Source of the DNA: the human T2T-CHM13v2.0 reference genome, Homo sapiens
Assembly (NCBI RefSeq): GCF_009914755.1
Contig: NC_060932.1
DNA: 64,000 nucleotides
Strand: one strand, 5' to 3'
Shown here in pieces: positions 1 through 12,358 of this stretch. The position numbers and the translations under genes are program-made. The first letter of the stretch is position 1. Every line of letters begins with the position of its first letter. Under the pieces are notes generated by a model. That model worked only from the letters and a program-made list of their open reading frames with translations, ran no database searches and was not told where the DNA came from.

Positions 1-2041
1 TGCATACACTAAGAATGCCAGAGCATTTTTCCCCTTCATCAAACACCTGGTAATGAAATTTATTGACATATAAACTTAATAAGCTGCTAATTGAGTAATT
101 ATCGATTGACGGAAATGTGTTCTTAAAAGTCACATTAACAATTGGCAGAAAGGCAAAAATAGAACAGACTCAGTTTTCAACTTACTTTATAGCATTACCT
201 TAAAATTGTAAAGAGTTAATCTTATCACACTACACATGGCTGAATTTATAAAAGATAAAATCACAAACGAGTAATGCACAGTTACTTGTTACATATTCTT
301 TCCATTACAACTGACAGGTTCATTAATCATACAGTGTATTTTACTATTAGAAGCTATAAAAAAGATCAAATCTCTTGTAATTTTTCTTCTTCTCTTTCAT
401 TTGATAAGTGTGTTGTTTCAGTGTGTAGATAAAATATAGTGTCAGTCACCAACAGTCTCAGGAGATTTTCATTTTTCCAGTAAGAATATCCTTGCTTATT
501 TGCAATGTAAAAAGTCCCTAGATCATGCATCATTTCCCTATAACTTGACCATCAGATTGAGTAAAATGTCTGTAACCACAGAAGTGGCCATCCAAAAGGA
601 AGTGCTGTGGGAGAGGAACACTGTTTTTGGCGATAGCGGTGTTGCTTACTGAGCGGTGAAGGCATTAACGACGAACACCTCTATTCATAACGAAACACTG
701 ATTCATAATTAAGGTTCATGTAAATTACACAGAGAGCTGACAGATTTCATAAGCTGTTCTGGGGAGAGGTGGCAAATTTTACAGTTTGTCACAGATTGCC
801 AATGAAACACTTGAAAGCATAAATGAAATATAGGACTATTTGCCAATAAATAAGGGAGGCTATGATATCCCCTTTCATGGAGTGTGATGAAAAAATATGT
901 CTTAAAGGGCTACATTCCTACTTAGCAAACAAAGGGTTTTTTTTATTTTTATTTTTTCAGTCTAGGAAGAAATCCTGAAAAGAAAAGCAATCAACCCATA
1001 CAGCAAAAACAGATGGACACATTTTAATTTTTTTAATTAGTTAAAAAAATGAGATGCCTTTTTATCTCTTGTCAATTTAAAGAGGGGAGAAGTCAACCAT
1101 GAAAATTCTTCTGTGTTTCTCAGTGTTTTCATTTTCTTTATTTTTAAAAGTATAACTTATAAATAAAATTCTTAGGATTTCTTAGTTTTGGTGATTTGTG
1201 TGACACTGATGTACTGTAATTTATACAAGAACTACTTCAGTGTATGTTTTTCAGTGCTTCTTGCCAACCTAAGTATTCTAAATATAAACTGAAGAAATTC
1301 AGTCTGGCACAAAACAGCTGATGAAATATTCTGGGCTTGCATTCCGCTATTTTCCCATAAGACCTTCTATGAGAAGCAGGGAATGTAAAGAGATCTTGAT
1401 TAAAGTGCAAAACCGTATGCAGTCCAGTTGGTTGTAAACTCAATTTAAAGTCTACCATGAGTGGCCTTTCAACTCCATCATACAGCGCTTCATTCCTGAC
1501 CAGGACACAGCCTCATAATTGTCTATTCTTAAGCAACAGCTAGTCCCACATTGTAACTCTTCCCCAGATAGTTTCAATTTTGTCATGTCTGCATATTAGG
1601 ATTTCTGCAGAGGCTAGATTGGTAAAGCTATTTACTCAGCCCATAACTAATTTCAAACTGCATTTTCACAGCACACTGGAGAACTGAGTAATCATTGGGT
1701 GAAACTGAGGGGTGTAAATAGTCAATCTCCCCTTGTTCCTCCCATAGCGCTTTCTTCCCTTCTATTTACACAGATAATTGCCCCAGTTCTACATGTTTTT
1801 ATTTATGTATAAGTACCATGCTTTATATTAGAGATATGAGTCTCACATTCACTTTGCTTTACTAAGGGTTACATATAGTAGATTAGCTCAACAAGTCGGC
1901 TAAGTGTTCCTATTCAACGAGATCTGAGGCTCTAGCTTGCCTGAGAAGTTCAGCCTGCATAACTCCACCCTGGAATTTTACGTAGGTTCTTACACCTGGA
2001 TGCTTTTTTTCTTTTTCTTTTTTCCCTTTACAGATGTGGAG

Positions 2042-2076
2042 ATTACTTCTCGGCTTTTTGGCTAAGATCAAGCGTA
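2042..2076 (+). pseudogene. U2 snRNA 5' fragment (nt 1-35), 3'-truncated tailless retrocopy
   Basis: attacttctcggctttttggctaagatcaagcgta vs U2 ATCGCTTCTCGGCCTTTTGGCTAAGATCAAGTGTA = 31/35, all mismatches transitions; no poly(A) tail. Confidence 0.9.
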
Positions 2077-2102
2077 CAAGTGTAGAACATTGTTTAGGGG
2101 TC

Positions 2103-2121
2103 TGTGTGTGTGTGTGTGTGT
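2103..2121 (+). repeat. (TG)n microsatellite
   Basis: about 9 TG units. Confidence 0.9.
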
Positions 2122-3518
2122 TTCATTAAAGCGTACAATTATTCAGTGGAAGCATCACTGGAAGTTGCCATTAGAAAGACAAAGAGGGAATTTCTAAATG
2201 AAAAGATTGAATGGATTTTCCCACAGTTATGCTTATTGTGCTGAAACTTCAATTTGAAGATGTGATTTGATTTTGCTGGAACACCCAAACCAGTGTGTTT
2301 GTTTCTCAAAGGGTCATTAGGATGAATGGGTGCATAGAAGTTTAGGAAAAACAGTCACTTTAAGTGCCCTCATTTCTATGTCTAGAAGAGTTTATTGTGA
2401 GTTTAGTTCTAGACTTATTCTTTACCTGCTTCAGACCCGCCCACAGTTAGACCTGGGCAAGCAGGGTCCTGCCCCAGGCCTGAGTTTGGAATGTCTTCCT
2501 GGAACTTCTTGTCCCAAAGGGGAGGGCAGGGGCAGGTCCCACAGCACCGTCTCTGCAGAATAACAGGGTGGCCCCAGAGTGGACCAGACCCTCTGGGTTC
2601 CTGGCTGAATTTCTCCTCTGCCAGGAGATCTTCAACCCTCTACACCACAGGCCAGTGGTGGGTGCCTTGGCTGGCCCTGTTTCTAGATGGGTGGCCTGGC
2701 AATCCGCTCGGCTCCCTGGATCACAGGAGATTGGGCCACCAGATTGGGACTAATAGGCTGATTTTAAGTAACTCTCATTTAAATAAGACACAGGGCTCTT
2801 ACTTGGGCTTGAGCCATGTGTAGGGGAGAGGGAGGTTCCTGGGTTGGCCACAGCCCCCATGGTGGTACAGAACGCATGCAGGGCGGTTGCCCTGTCCTTT
2901 GAAGACTGCACACTGTGTGTCAGGCAGCCCTCTGTTTTCTCTGAGGGCCTTCCAGACCCAACTCCCTAGGGCCCTTCAGTTCGCTGGCTGCTCTTGTCTG
3001 CAGTGGCTATGGTGACATTGCCCTTCCAGGTGCATCTTACTTAGGCCGTGTGGGGGTGGATTGATTGCTTTTCTCACTCTGTGCATGTTCCTCCTGCTGG
3101 TGGCCTGGTGGGGTAAACACTGAAAGACATCTCATTTTAGGAATGCAGTGAGTGTAGCCTAAAGCTCATACTTTGGAGGATGTGTTGCTCGAAGCTGATC
3201 TTAGAAAATTCTGAAAGGTAAATGTAATAGGAATAGAAAATGAATCAGCATTGCCATTTTCCTACGTGTTCTGGATAAGACTTGCATTTGGGGTCAGTAT
3301 CAAAGAAGCAGGGTAACAACCACTGAGAGTGTCATTGGCAACTAGAGTGCTGGACACAGTGGATGATGCAGTTCATTAGCAGTGATGTAACCAGCACTGC
3401 ATTAATGGTGCTTGGGAACTGCAAAGGTAAGAACAAGATTGTTTCAATACAAGTGTATTCTAGAAAGTCCTGGCATTGCTACCTTTTCCTGCAATAAAGA
3501 GATTTGAAATTCCCCATC

Positions 3519-3647
3519 CAGGGGTGACTGTGCCTCATATGGGCCCATGAATTTTGCAGTGCATTTTAAAAATCAAGTTATCTATATAGACAGGGTCCCC
3601 ACTGACAAATATTACACAAAGCCCCACACAATCTAGGAGTGGCTCTG
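3519..3647. mobile_element. possible hAT-Tip100-type DNA transposon remnant
   Basis: cagggg... start and ...gccccacacaatctaggagtggctctg end resemble Tip100-family termini; very diverged. Confidence 0.3.
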
Positions 3648-4479
3648 CTTCAGGCAACATATATCAAGGGTCTAGAGATGTTGGAAGTAAAGAGATAACA
3701 TGTGGTGTTATTTTGTTGTTGTTTTGATTTCATTTGCTATTGATGTGCAAGATTACCACATTTGGCTTCCATTACTATAATCTCCAACTTCAGGGTTATT
3801 GAGTCTTTTCTCAGATAATCTTCTTTAAAATTATAAATATTTATTACTCTATTACATCTGATTCTGCCAAGTTTAATAATAACTTAATATGGAGCAACAC
3901 CAAATACACAGTGGGCAGTCAATACATTTATTTGGAAGTGAGGAAATAGTGTGCTATGTGTATCCACACGAGAAGTCCGAATCTGTCAATTTTAACCTCT
4001 TTTTTTCCAAGTCATGGATGGTTATGAGAAGGAGCTTCCTCTCCCTAAATGATGTAAATGTATCTCAATATATCTCTATAGTAGATAATATATTTGGTTT
4101 CCTTTGGATACAAAAAGGAAAAAAGAGGGCTGGTTTAAATTCAGAGACACCCAGGCTTTGATATTTAAAATGCATTATTAGAAGGATAAGTATTTTCTGT
4201 ACTTTGAGTGTCGACGCTTGTTACTATGGATCCCGTAAGTAGAAGGGGAATGGTTTAGAAACAACTAGCTAAGATGATCATCTGACTTTTTGGATCTTCA
4301 GGGACAGAACCATTTTCTTCTTGACTCTGCTAAATATACTGGGTCCTTCCCTTTGTCTCGTTCCCTCTTCATAGGTTCTGCTCCAAACAATGTATTTGCT
4401 CATTGTATATCGTTCAGTTTTCTCTGTCATAGCTGTCTTCACACCATTTTCACACTTCGAATCATGCCTGAACGGGATA

Positions 4480-4880
4480 TTTTCCTTTTCCCCCTCCAGT
4501 TCTACTTCTTCTCCCTGCTTGGTGCCTCGCTAGGCTGAACCTTATGAACTGGCGTTACCAGGCTCCCTGCTCTTTGCTTCTGGTTGGATTTGCCAATGGG
4601 AGGCCCCAGCAGGAGACAAGTGAGCATAAGGAGATCTCGGGGTACTCATTGCCTTGCCTCCCTCCCCAACAGGACATAGTTGCTGCATATCCCTCCTGAA
4701 GGTGAGAGCTTCTGTCGAGTGCCTTTAGGCCTGAGAGTGCCCACAGCTTCCCACTTTGCTAGTTCCAAGGTGCTTCATTAGTGCTGTTGGCTTTGCTTAA
4801 CCCTGCATTGTTAGATAAATAATATCTTCATTGCATTCTCTTAATCGCCTCTTTTGAGTGTGCCTCTCACTTGGGTGAAG
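4480..4880 (+). mobile_element. LTR33-like ERVL solo LTR
   Basis: ggctccctgctctttgcttctggttggatttgccaatgggaggccccagcaggaga, cctttaggcctga and ttttgagtgtgcc match recalled LTR33 blocks. Confidence 0.75.
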
Positions 4881-5049
4881 AGCCCTACCACTAGAGATTC
4901 TTTCTGTCTCCTCCGGTTTTTCAGAATGTATATTGCTTCTAATTTATAAACAGAGAAGGGCCTGGATTAGGCTCAGATTGCTATGTGAATCTGTTTATTT
5001 TATCCATTTGTTTTATCTCATCCCTGGAGCATCCTGAGTATCATTGATT

Positions 5050-5512
5050 AAATGTTAGGATTAGGTTTGGCCGATAATAGAAATAGCTCAAATAATGCAT
5101 GCTTAAACAGGATGAAAACTCATTTCTCTCTCACATTAAGGAAGTTGAAATGTATATGCCAGTGATGTTATGGCATCAGGGAGCCAGGCTCCTTCCTTTC
5201 ACTACTCCACCCACCTGAGGAGCTCCAAGATGACTTTGGAATGTCTAGGCAGTCCATCTGTCTCAGGGTGGAAGAACAGGCAAATGGCATGCTTGGGATT
5301 TGCACCCTTTCTATTAAGAAGACATCTTGGAAGTACAACATCACACTGATTACATATCAGTAGCCAGAACTGAGTCCCATGGCTGCAATTAGATGCACAG
5401 GAAGCTGGGAAATGTAGCTGTATGTCTGCCTGACAGTATGCTTACTGAAAATCAGAGTTCTAGTATTAAGGAAGGAATGGATTAATAATGGGAGATGATG
5501 GACAGTCTCTTA
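5050..5512 (-). mobile_element. MaLR solo LTR (MLT1K/J-like)
   Basis: ggcatcagggagccaggctcc, ccaagatg, agccagaactgagtcccatggc and ggaagctgggaaatgtag are antisense old MLT1 motifs. Confidence 0.75.
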
Positions 5513-5689
5513 AAATGGCACCATGGTCTAGTCATCCTGTGAGGCTGTCAACACCTTTCCTACTGACTGTGCTTATGAAGTAGGTAGGGAAACTTCAATG
5601 GTAGCATCTTGTCTAATTACTTACTATTTCTAATTTATTTAAAGTGGACTGAATTGTCCATCTTCATTAACTCTTCTTTCCTACACTAT

Positions 5690-6395
5690 TCTCTGTTGAC
5701 CTTCTGCAATATGATTTTTATCCTGACAAATTTATTTAATCTGTTGCTTTAAAGATATCCAGTTACTTTCTTCTTTAAAAATTCAGCATTGTCTTTTTTG
5801 TTCTCGTTCTTTTTAATAGTATCACAATAGATACTGCTTCACTGATCAAATCTCCTTCTTCCTTAAATTTTCTTGTCACTGGCTTCCAACATGCAACAGC
5901 TTTCTGTTTGTCCACCACCTCTCTGGACAGATCTCTTCTTGTTTGCTTTCATGGCTTTTTTTTCTGTTTCCATTTCCGAATTCTGGCCATTCTTGGAAGG
6001 TTTAGGCCTCCATTCCCTTCTAGCTTCCTTTCTTGACTTAATGATTGGATATCCTCTTACAATTCAACCATGGTTTTCAATGGCCCAAACTTTGGCACAA
6101 ACTACAGTCTCATGTCTTTGAATGATCTTTAAAGAATTTCTCAACGCTTCAAAAAGGATACCTGAAACCACAGAACTCTTCCTTCACAAATCTCTTTCAG
6201 AACTGCTCCATTTGTTAACACCACCACATTTTTCCTAGTTTTCTAGGCATAAAACTTTAGATCCATCTTTTATTGCATCATTTTCTTCAATCTATCATTG
6301 AGTCAAAAGGATAATTCTTTGAAACTTCTTTTGACTGCATCCTTTCCAATCCTATTGTCATTCCCATAGTAACACTGCCTGCTAAATATCTATCT
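5690..6395 (+). mobile_element. L2 LINE fragment
   Basis: cttccttaaattttcttgtcactggcttccaacatgcaacagctttctg...ccacctctctgg resembles the L2 3' ORF region; continues after the MIR. Confidence 0.6.
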
Positions 6396-6404
6396 GAGAG
6401 AAGC

Positions 6405-6452
6405 TGTGTGTGTGTGTGTGGGTGGGTGTGTATGTGTGTGTGTTTGTGTATG
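6405..6452 (+). repeat. imperfect (TG)n
   Basis: direct reading. Confidence 0.85.
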
Positions 6453-6466
6453 TAATCATTGGCATA

Positions 6467-6727
6467 TAATAGCAATAGCCTAACTTTTATTGAGCAGGTA
6501 CTATATTTCAGGGACTATTCCATGTTATTTTATAAGTGTTAACAATTTAATTCTCATAAGAACCAAAGAAGGATATATTATTGTTATTTATATTTTTGAG
6601 GAAACAGAAACACTGAGATGGGAAATAATTTGCCCAAACTCACATCCAGCAAATGAAAAATCTGGGACTTGACCCAGGCAGTATAGTTTCAGAGTCTGAA
6701 CTCTTAAACTTTTTGCCACATTGCCTC
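6467..6727 (-). mobile_element. MIR/MIRb, near full length, inserted in L2
   Basis: tttattgagc...gaaacactgagatgggaaataatttgcccaaactcaca...gacttgacccaggcagt...agagtctgaactcttaa is the antisense MIR core. Confidence 0.85.
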
Positions 6728-6744
6728 TCCTTCTGCTGCTTGAT

Positions 6745-7045
6745 CACTAGATCATGCCATGCTATCACCTCTGTCTCCTGATTACATCAAATGTAAACCT
6801 AGCAGTCTCCTTTTCTTGACCTGCCAGGATCTATCCCCATCAACCCATCCAACCCTATTTGTCATTGCAGCCTACTATATATAGCATCCCAAACTGATTG
6901 TTTCATTTTTCTCAGTTCCCCAAATTCCATTTCTTTCTTAAGCTACAATGTACTTGTTTTCTCCTGGAATAATACTTTCTTGTTCTAGTGTCTTGGCAAA
7001 TATTTTCCATTCTGCTTGGCTTCAGAAATCATGTCTCCAAGGCTG
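6745..7045 (+). mobile_element. L2 fragment (continuation)
   Basis: tagatcatgcc..., tttctcctggaataatactttc..., tcatgtctcc are L2 3' region motifs. Confidence 0.5.
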
Positions 7046-7380
7046 CCACTGAGGAGCCTGTCCCTTTGCCTATCCATCCTCAGAGTGGAGGGCATTCAAA
7101 GGGAGAGGGGTCACATAAGCAGAGATGAGGAAGGGCACTCCACTTTGCTGGCTGTCCCTAGCATGCTTTAAACCAAAGCTCAGGTATAAGAATCTACTGC
7201 ATGAATCAATTATTGATACTCATCATAAAAAATAGAAGTTTTGAGCAAAAGTGGTCAAAGATGTTCCTTTTGAAATTCAGGAAAAGGTAGTGTGTTGTAT
7301 TTAAATAATTGATGAAGTCTTTACAAATCATAAGGGAACCAGAACAAAAGCCTGGTTTTCTGATCCCTAAACCACTGTAT

Positions 7381-7540
7381 CAGTGTTGCTCCAGAGCTTC
7401 TCTGGAAGTGCAGTTACAGCCAAACAGGGTGCTTCATTCTCCCTCCTCATGTTAATTTATTCATTGTCTTCATTGTGCTTCATTGCCAAGTTTCATTTGA
7501 ACAAAGAAATCTGTCGCTGAAACCATTTTGAAATGCAATG
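7381..7540. mobile_element. MER103C-like hAT-Charlie MITE
   Basis: ccaagtttcatttgaacaaagaaatctgtcgctgaaaccattttgaaatgcaatg resembles the MER103C terminus. Confidence 0.45.
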
Positions 7541-7548
7541 AGTTATAC

Positions 7549-7879
7549 TAGGGGTCAGTAAATCATGGCCTGTGGAGCAAATCTGACCCTACCCTTAATT
7601 TGTGTATGGCCGGTGAGCTTAGAATGGTTTTCACATTTTTGAATGGTTAAAATAAATCAAGAGGAGAAGAGTATTTCATGACATGTGACAGTTATGTAAA
7701 ATTTGAATTTCAATGTCCAAAAATAAAGCCTTATTGGAATACTTGACACTCATTTCCTTATGTATTGTCTGTGGCTGCTTTTAATGGCAGAGTTGAAGAG
7801 TTGCAACAAAGACCACATGGCCCAAAGAGCCTAAAATGTTTTTTAAGTGGCCCTTTGCAGAACAAGTTGCCCCCATTTG
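7549..7879 (+). mobile_element. MER58B hAT-Charlie MITE
   Basis: taggggtcagtaaatcatggcctgtggagcaaatctg start, ttagaatggttttcacattttt internal, tggccctttgcagaacaagttgccc end; about 330 bp. Confidence 0.85.
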
Positions 7880-8029
7880 TGTTAATCCACATTAAGAGAC
7901 TTGTCTTACTGAGCCCTTCTTTCTCTGAACATGCTAAATTTGTATCACAGAATTTCACTGTCTTGTGAGTCTGTGTGAACAACCATTTTAGAGATTTTAA
8001 TAATTCCTTCATGTATTTTACTTTTGCTT

Positions 8030-8138
8030 TTTCTATCAGACTTCAAAACTCTATGGGGCAAGGATGAGACCTTATCCAACCAAGTTATCCTACATGTCAC
8101 TTACACCAGGAGTTCTTAACATGTGTTGATTGAAAGGA
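8030..8138 (+). mobile_element. L2 3' tail
   Basis: tcagacttcaaaactctatggggcaagga...catgtgttgattgaa. Confidence 0.5.
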
Positions 8139-8226
8139 CAGGGAAACTTTTGAGTGCACAGCAAATATTCATTGAAGTTAGTAAAGTCAAATATGCTATA
8201 TTAGGTTCCAGCAGAATCATGAATAT

Positions 8227-8610
8227 TGTACTAGTTTGCTAGGGCTCCCATAACAAAATACCAAGGACTGAATGTGTTAAGCAACAGAAATTTATTTTCC
8301 CACAGTTCAGGAGGCTAGAAGTCCAAGATTAAGGTGGCAGCAGGGTTGGTTTCTCCTAAGGCCTGTCTCCTTGGCTTGCAGATGGCTGCCTTCCTGTGTG
8401 TGATCACATAACCCTTTTTTTTGTGCACATGTATGTCTCTGGTGTTTCTTTCTCTTTTTATAAGGACACCAGTACTACCGGAACAGAGCTCCATCCCATG
8501 ACCTCATTTAACCCTAGTTACCTCTTTCAAGCTTCTGTCTCCAAATACAGTCACATTGGGGGTTAAGGTGTCAACATATGAATTTTGGGGGATACAATTC
8601 AGTCATAACA
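8227..8610 (-). mobile_element. MaLR solo LTR (MLT1A/MLT1B type), complete
   Basis: TG...CA ends: tgtactagtttgctagggctcccataacaaaatacc ... gggggatacaattcagtcataaca; 384 bp; degenerate 5-bp TSD aatat/gacat. Confidence 0.9.
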
Positions 8611-9610
8611 GACATCAGGGGATGATCTTTTGGAATGCTTCCTAATCAGAGTATGATATACTGGAGTAGAAATAAAGAGGTATGTAAGCATAATGCTATG
8701 GTCTCATTGTCATATTCAGCAATAGCAGTCTGATGTTTAATACTTGACTCTCTCTCTCGTATTATTACTGACTCTAACTATGTTGTCTTAGGTGGCTGAC
8801 AGCATCTCTTTTTCTCATTTTTCATCTCCAGAATACAAAGGTTTTATGTCTCCCTAGACAAATTACATAAAGGAAAAAGTACATTAGACATTTTGAAGGA
8901 AAAAAAGGCTGTGTAAAGTATAAGGGCATTGTCAATACTTTCTAATGTAATTAGAACATTCTTCTGTGACCTCAGGTAGAGATTGGAAGAAGAGAATATG
9001 GAAACAAAAATAATCAAGCAGGTATACTGTCATTGCCAAGTGGTTTCTCTCCGTTGTCAAAGCCTCATTCTGAAAGAACAATGATCAATGATTTGAGACT
9101 GTTAACAATTACCACTGAACACATTGAGGACTGGTCTCCTGGTGTATCAGACCCAGGAGATGCTTCTTCTAAATAGAAATGTCCTAAGTACAGAGAAAAC
9201 TTGGTGTCTGACTTTGTCATGGAAAATTTGGAAATTATATAATTTTATAAAGGATAATTACTTAAGCTTGTGAGGTAGGGAAAAAAATAGAATAATTTTT
9301 AAACTTAAAAGTGAAAAAATTGGCCTAACCTAAAGAACATATGGAAGAACACATTTCTGAACTGCATACTGCTAAAAAAAAACCCTTCTTCAGTCTCAGT
9401 TTTTCTCCCCACCACTGTTATGCCAATTTCAGTTCCAAATATGTAAATCTTGCCACGACCATAGCTGCGAGTGTGGTTGTTCAACCAAAATCACACCAAA
9501 GAGTTCTTATTGCCAACTTTGACTTCCTCTGGTTCTAGATCTCTCCTTTTAAGTCATTCATAGACACTGGTTACATGAAGTGGTGGCAGTGAAGGTGGAG
9601 ATGAAAGTAG

Positions 9611-9712
9611 GTGTGTGTGTGCCAACACGTGTATGTGCACACGTGTTTGGGAGTGTATATATGTGTGTGTACACATGTGTATTAGAGAGAATGTGTGTGT
9701 ATGTGTGTGTGT
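9611..9712 (+). repeat. degenerate (TG/TA)n simple repeat
   Basis: direct reading. Confidence 0.8.
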
Positions 9713-9844
9713 GGTATTGGTATTGGTAAAGGGACATATTCCATTTGACAGAAAACATGAAAAAGGTTAAAGCTTTTGAAAGCGTCCAATGAGTATTTGA
9801 TTAAATACTTAGAGGACACTCAGCTGATTTAAGGAAGTTGTGTG

Positions 9845-10000
9845 CTAAAATGGGAAAAGCATGATCTTGGGAGACAGTGAGCAGGTCTGGATTTCAGCCC
9901 CTCTTCTGCCCTGTTCCAGCATGATGACCTTGAGGAAACCGGATAACTTCTCTAGTTACCTAATCTGTACACATAGGATAATTGTTTCACCACAAAGGTG
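9845..10000 (+). mobile_element. MIR fragment
   Basis: tgaccttgaggaaaccggataacttctct...aatctgtacacataggataat. Confidence 0.65.
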
Positions 10001-10009
10001 TATTTCTAA

Positions 10010-10070
10010 AAAGTTTTTATTTGGAAAAAATTTTGGATGCATAAGAAGTTGTGAAAATAGCTCAAAAATA
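10010..10070 (-). mobile_element. short old L1M 3'-end fragment
   Basis: ttttatttggaaaaaattttggatgcataagaagttgtgaaaatag resembles the antisense L1MC 3' end. Confidence 0.4.
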
Positions 10071-10706
10071 GGGAAAATAGTTCAAAAACAATGCAAGAAT
10101 AGTTATATCAGTAGTGCATTTTGGGGGTAAATAGTTCCATACAATTTTACCTCATGCATAGTTTTTCTAAGCACCGTCTACTTGGAAAACAAAACTGTCC
10201 TGTCAAGACTTAGAAACCCCTGAGGATGGTTTTGAATGAGAATAACTGTAACAGCCAGTATACTCACATACCTTTCTTTAAACGGATGCTTTTGTGGTTT
10301 TCCCACATATAGGAATCTTAACTATGATAATTAGATGAGGTCTTTCTCATTATAAGACATTTTATCATAACACTAAGGATGTGTTTGAAATCAGGTATTT
10401 TTGAAAATGACAAAAGGATTTGTTAAAACTTGCTGAGCCCATTCTCCATAAAGAGGGTAGTATTCAATGTGTTGTACTAGAACAAACGCTAAAAGTTAGA
10501 GATAGGTTCTGATAGAACTAGAAAATTCGTACCAACCCTAAATCTTTGCTCAACCAACCTGCATCCTCTTTTGGGTGTTTGGTGTGATCAGATCTTTTGA
10601 GTGGGCCATCTTCTTAACTTCAGGGCTAGTATTTTCTATTGCACAGTTCTTAGTCATTGGTAACCAAAGATATTCTGCTTGCATTAGAAGTTCTTTCTCT
10701 CCTGAG

Positions 10707-11030
10707 TTCATTTGTTCTTTCATACATATTTGCTGGGTACATACTCTGTGATGAGCACTGAGTCAGGTGCCCTCCATAGAAAGGTGTGTTCCTGCTCTCA
10801 TGGAAGAACAAACCTGGTAGGAATGAGAGAAGCAGAGAAGCAATTAATTACAATACAAAGTCCTATGGAATCCCCAGGAAGGGTATCCAGCCTGAAGCTG
10901 TGAAGAATCAGGAAAGGGTTCCTCAATAGGGCAACACATAGGCCATGTCCTGCAAACCCCAAAGAAGTTATCCAGGCCAAGAAGAAGGGGGAAGGGCGTC
11001 ACAGGAATAGAAGGGAAACTGAGGCACAAA
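10707..11030 (-). mobile_element. L2 3' end
   Basis: ttcatttgttctttcatacatatttgctgggtacatactctgtg...cctgctctcatggaag...tcaggaaagggttcc. Confidence 0.7.
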
Positions 11031-12300
11031 CAAAAGAATACGCACAGAATGGCAACAACACCTTTGCAACACCATTCACACAAAGCTCTCTCAGTCCAGT
11101 GGGACCTGGTCTTTCATCATCTCATCACTAATCTTGTGAGGTTCACCCCATAGATGGTAGGGCCTTTGATTCTAGAATGCTCCTGCTCTTGCTCTGATTA
11201 TGTAACTTTTACCCTTGCTTTCCTTCTGGTTTGCTTTGATTCCTTTTTACTTGAAGGGAACCTCCAAAATGGAGCCTGTGTTTGTACAAACTGTATTCAT
11301 TTCTGTTTTAGTAAATGAAGTTGTATATTCTTGTTTCTGCTTTTTTAAAACAGAAATTCAAACTCAGAAAACCAAAGTACTCCAAGCCAGTTTACTTTTT
11401 CATTTAATGAAGCAAAGCTATAAGAAGTAAGTCTTCTTATAGTAAAAGTACTAAAATATTCACACGGGATTTTCAAAATATAACACAGGAAGGAGTAGAA
11501 TGCTTCAAAAAAGAATATATGTTTCAAGAAGAGCAAGAAAAGTGATGGACTGAAACAGCTCCTAGGACACAGATTCTGTAATGTCTGAAGGATATTAACT
11601 CTGACACCAGTCAACTACAATAAGTGACTAATTTTATTATAGCCTTTGAAAAAAACCCTATACCCCAAGTGATTACAAAACAGCTGTAAAGATTTCACTT
11701 GACCCCTCTCTAGTACAGAAGATTTTTCTTGTTTCTCATCTGTCAGGTTATGGCAATAGCTTTGACCATCTTTATGGCTGTCTTCCATAGAATACTCTTA
11801 ATTCTGTCCTGAAGTTTTATCTCACAGTATTTTTAAAGCAACAACATGAATTAAGTGTTAAACTTTTATGTTGCCCTTAAATCACTAATTTCAAAAAGGC
11901 GTATTTATAAACTTCTACCTTAACAATTGTTCAATTTAACAACTCTCTTTGAGTGCCCACCATGTGGAAACAGAAATTCGGCATTTTATGATCATTAAGG
12001 GGCCAAATATTGGCCATCCCCTGAATTTATCAAAGCAAAGATCAGCTTGTTCTAGAGTGTTTTGCCTGCTAGATTCAGCCAGTGATTGCTTGGATTAAAT
12101 GCTCAGAGTGTGCAATTTATCTTAATCTCCTACTAACAAAGCCATCCCCATTGGGCTGGTAGGATTTCCCTTGTTAGTAGTGTCTTTTCTGAGCTTTCTC
12201 ATTATTCTCCAGGATTTCCATTAAGAAACCACCTAAAAATTAGACATAACACCAGACATTCAATCCATGGGTAGCTACATAAGACAGAAATTTGAGCTGT

Positions 12301-12358
12301 CATTTATTGGTTTATTCAACCAAAATTTATTGAACACATACTAGGTGCATGAAACTAA
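12301..12358 (-). mobile_element. L2 3' tail fragment
   Basis: ttattcaaccaaaatttattgaacacatactaggtgc. Confidence 0.55.

Noticed and set aside
937-965. Strong + strand acceptor (T-rich tract, cag at 958-960)
   Set aside because: No convincing donor within exon distance; such tracts are common in AT-rich DNA
2330-2823. Overlapping 61-110 aa ORFs
   Set aside because: Explained by local GC richness; no domain similarity and no clear splice boundaries
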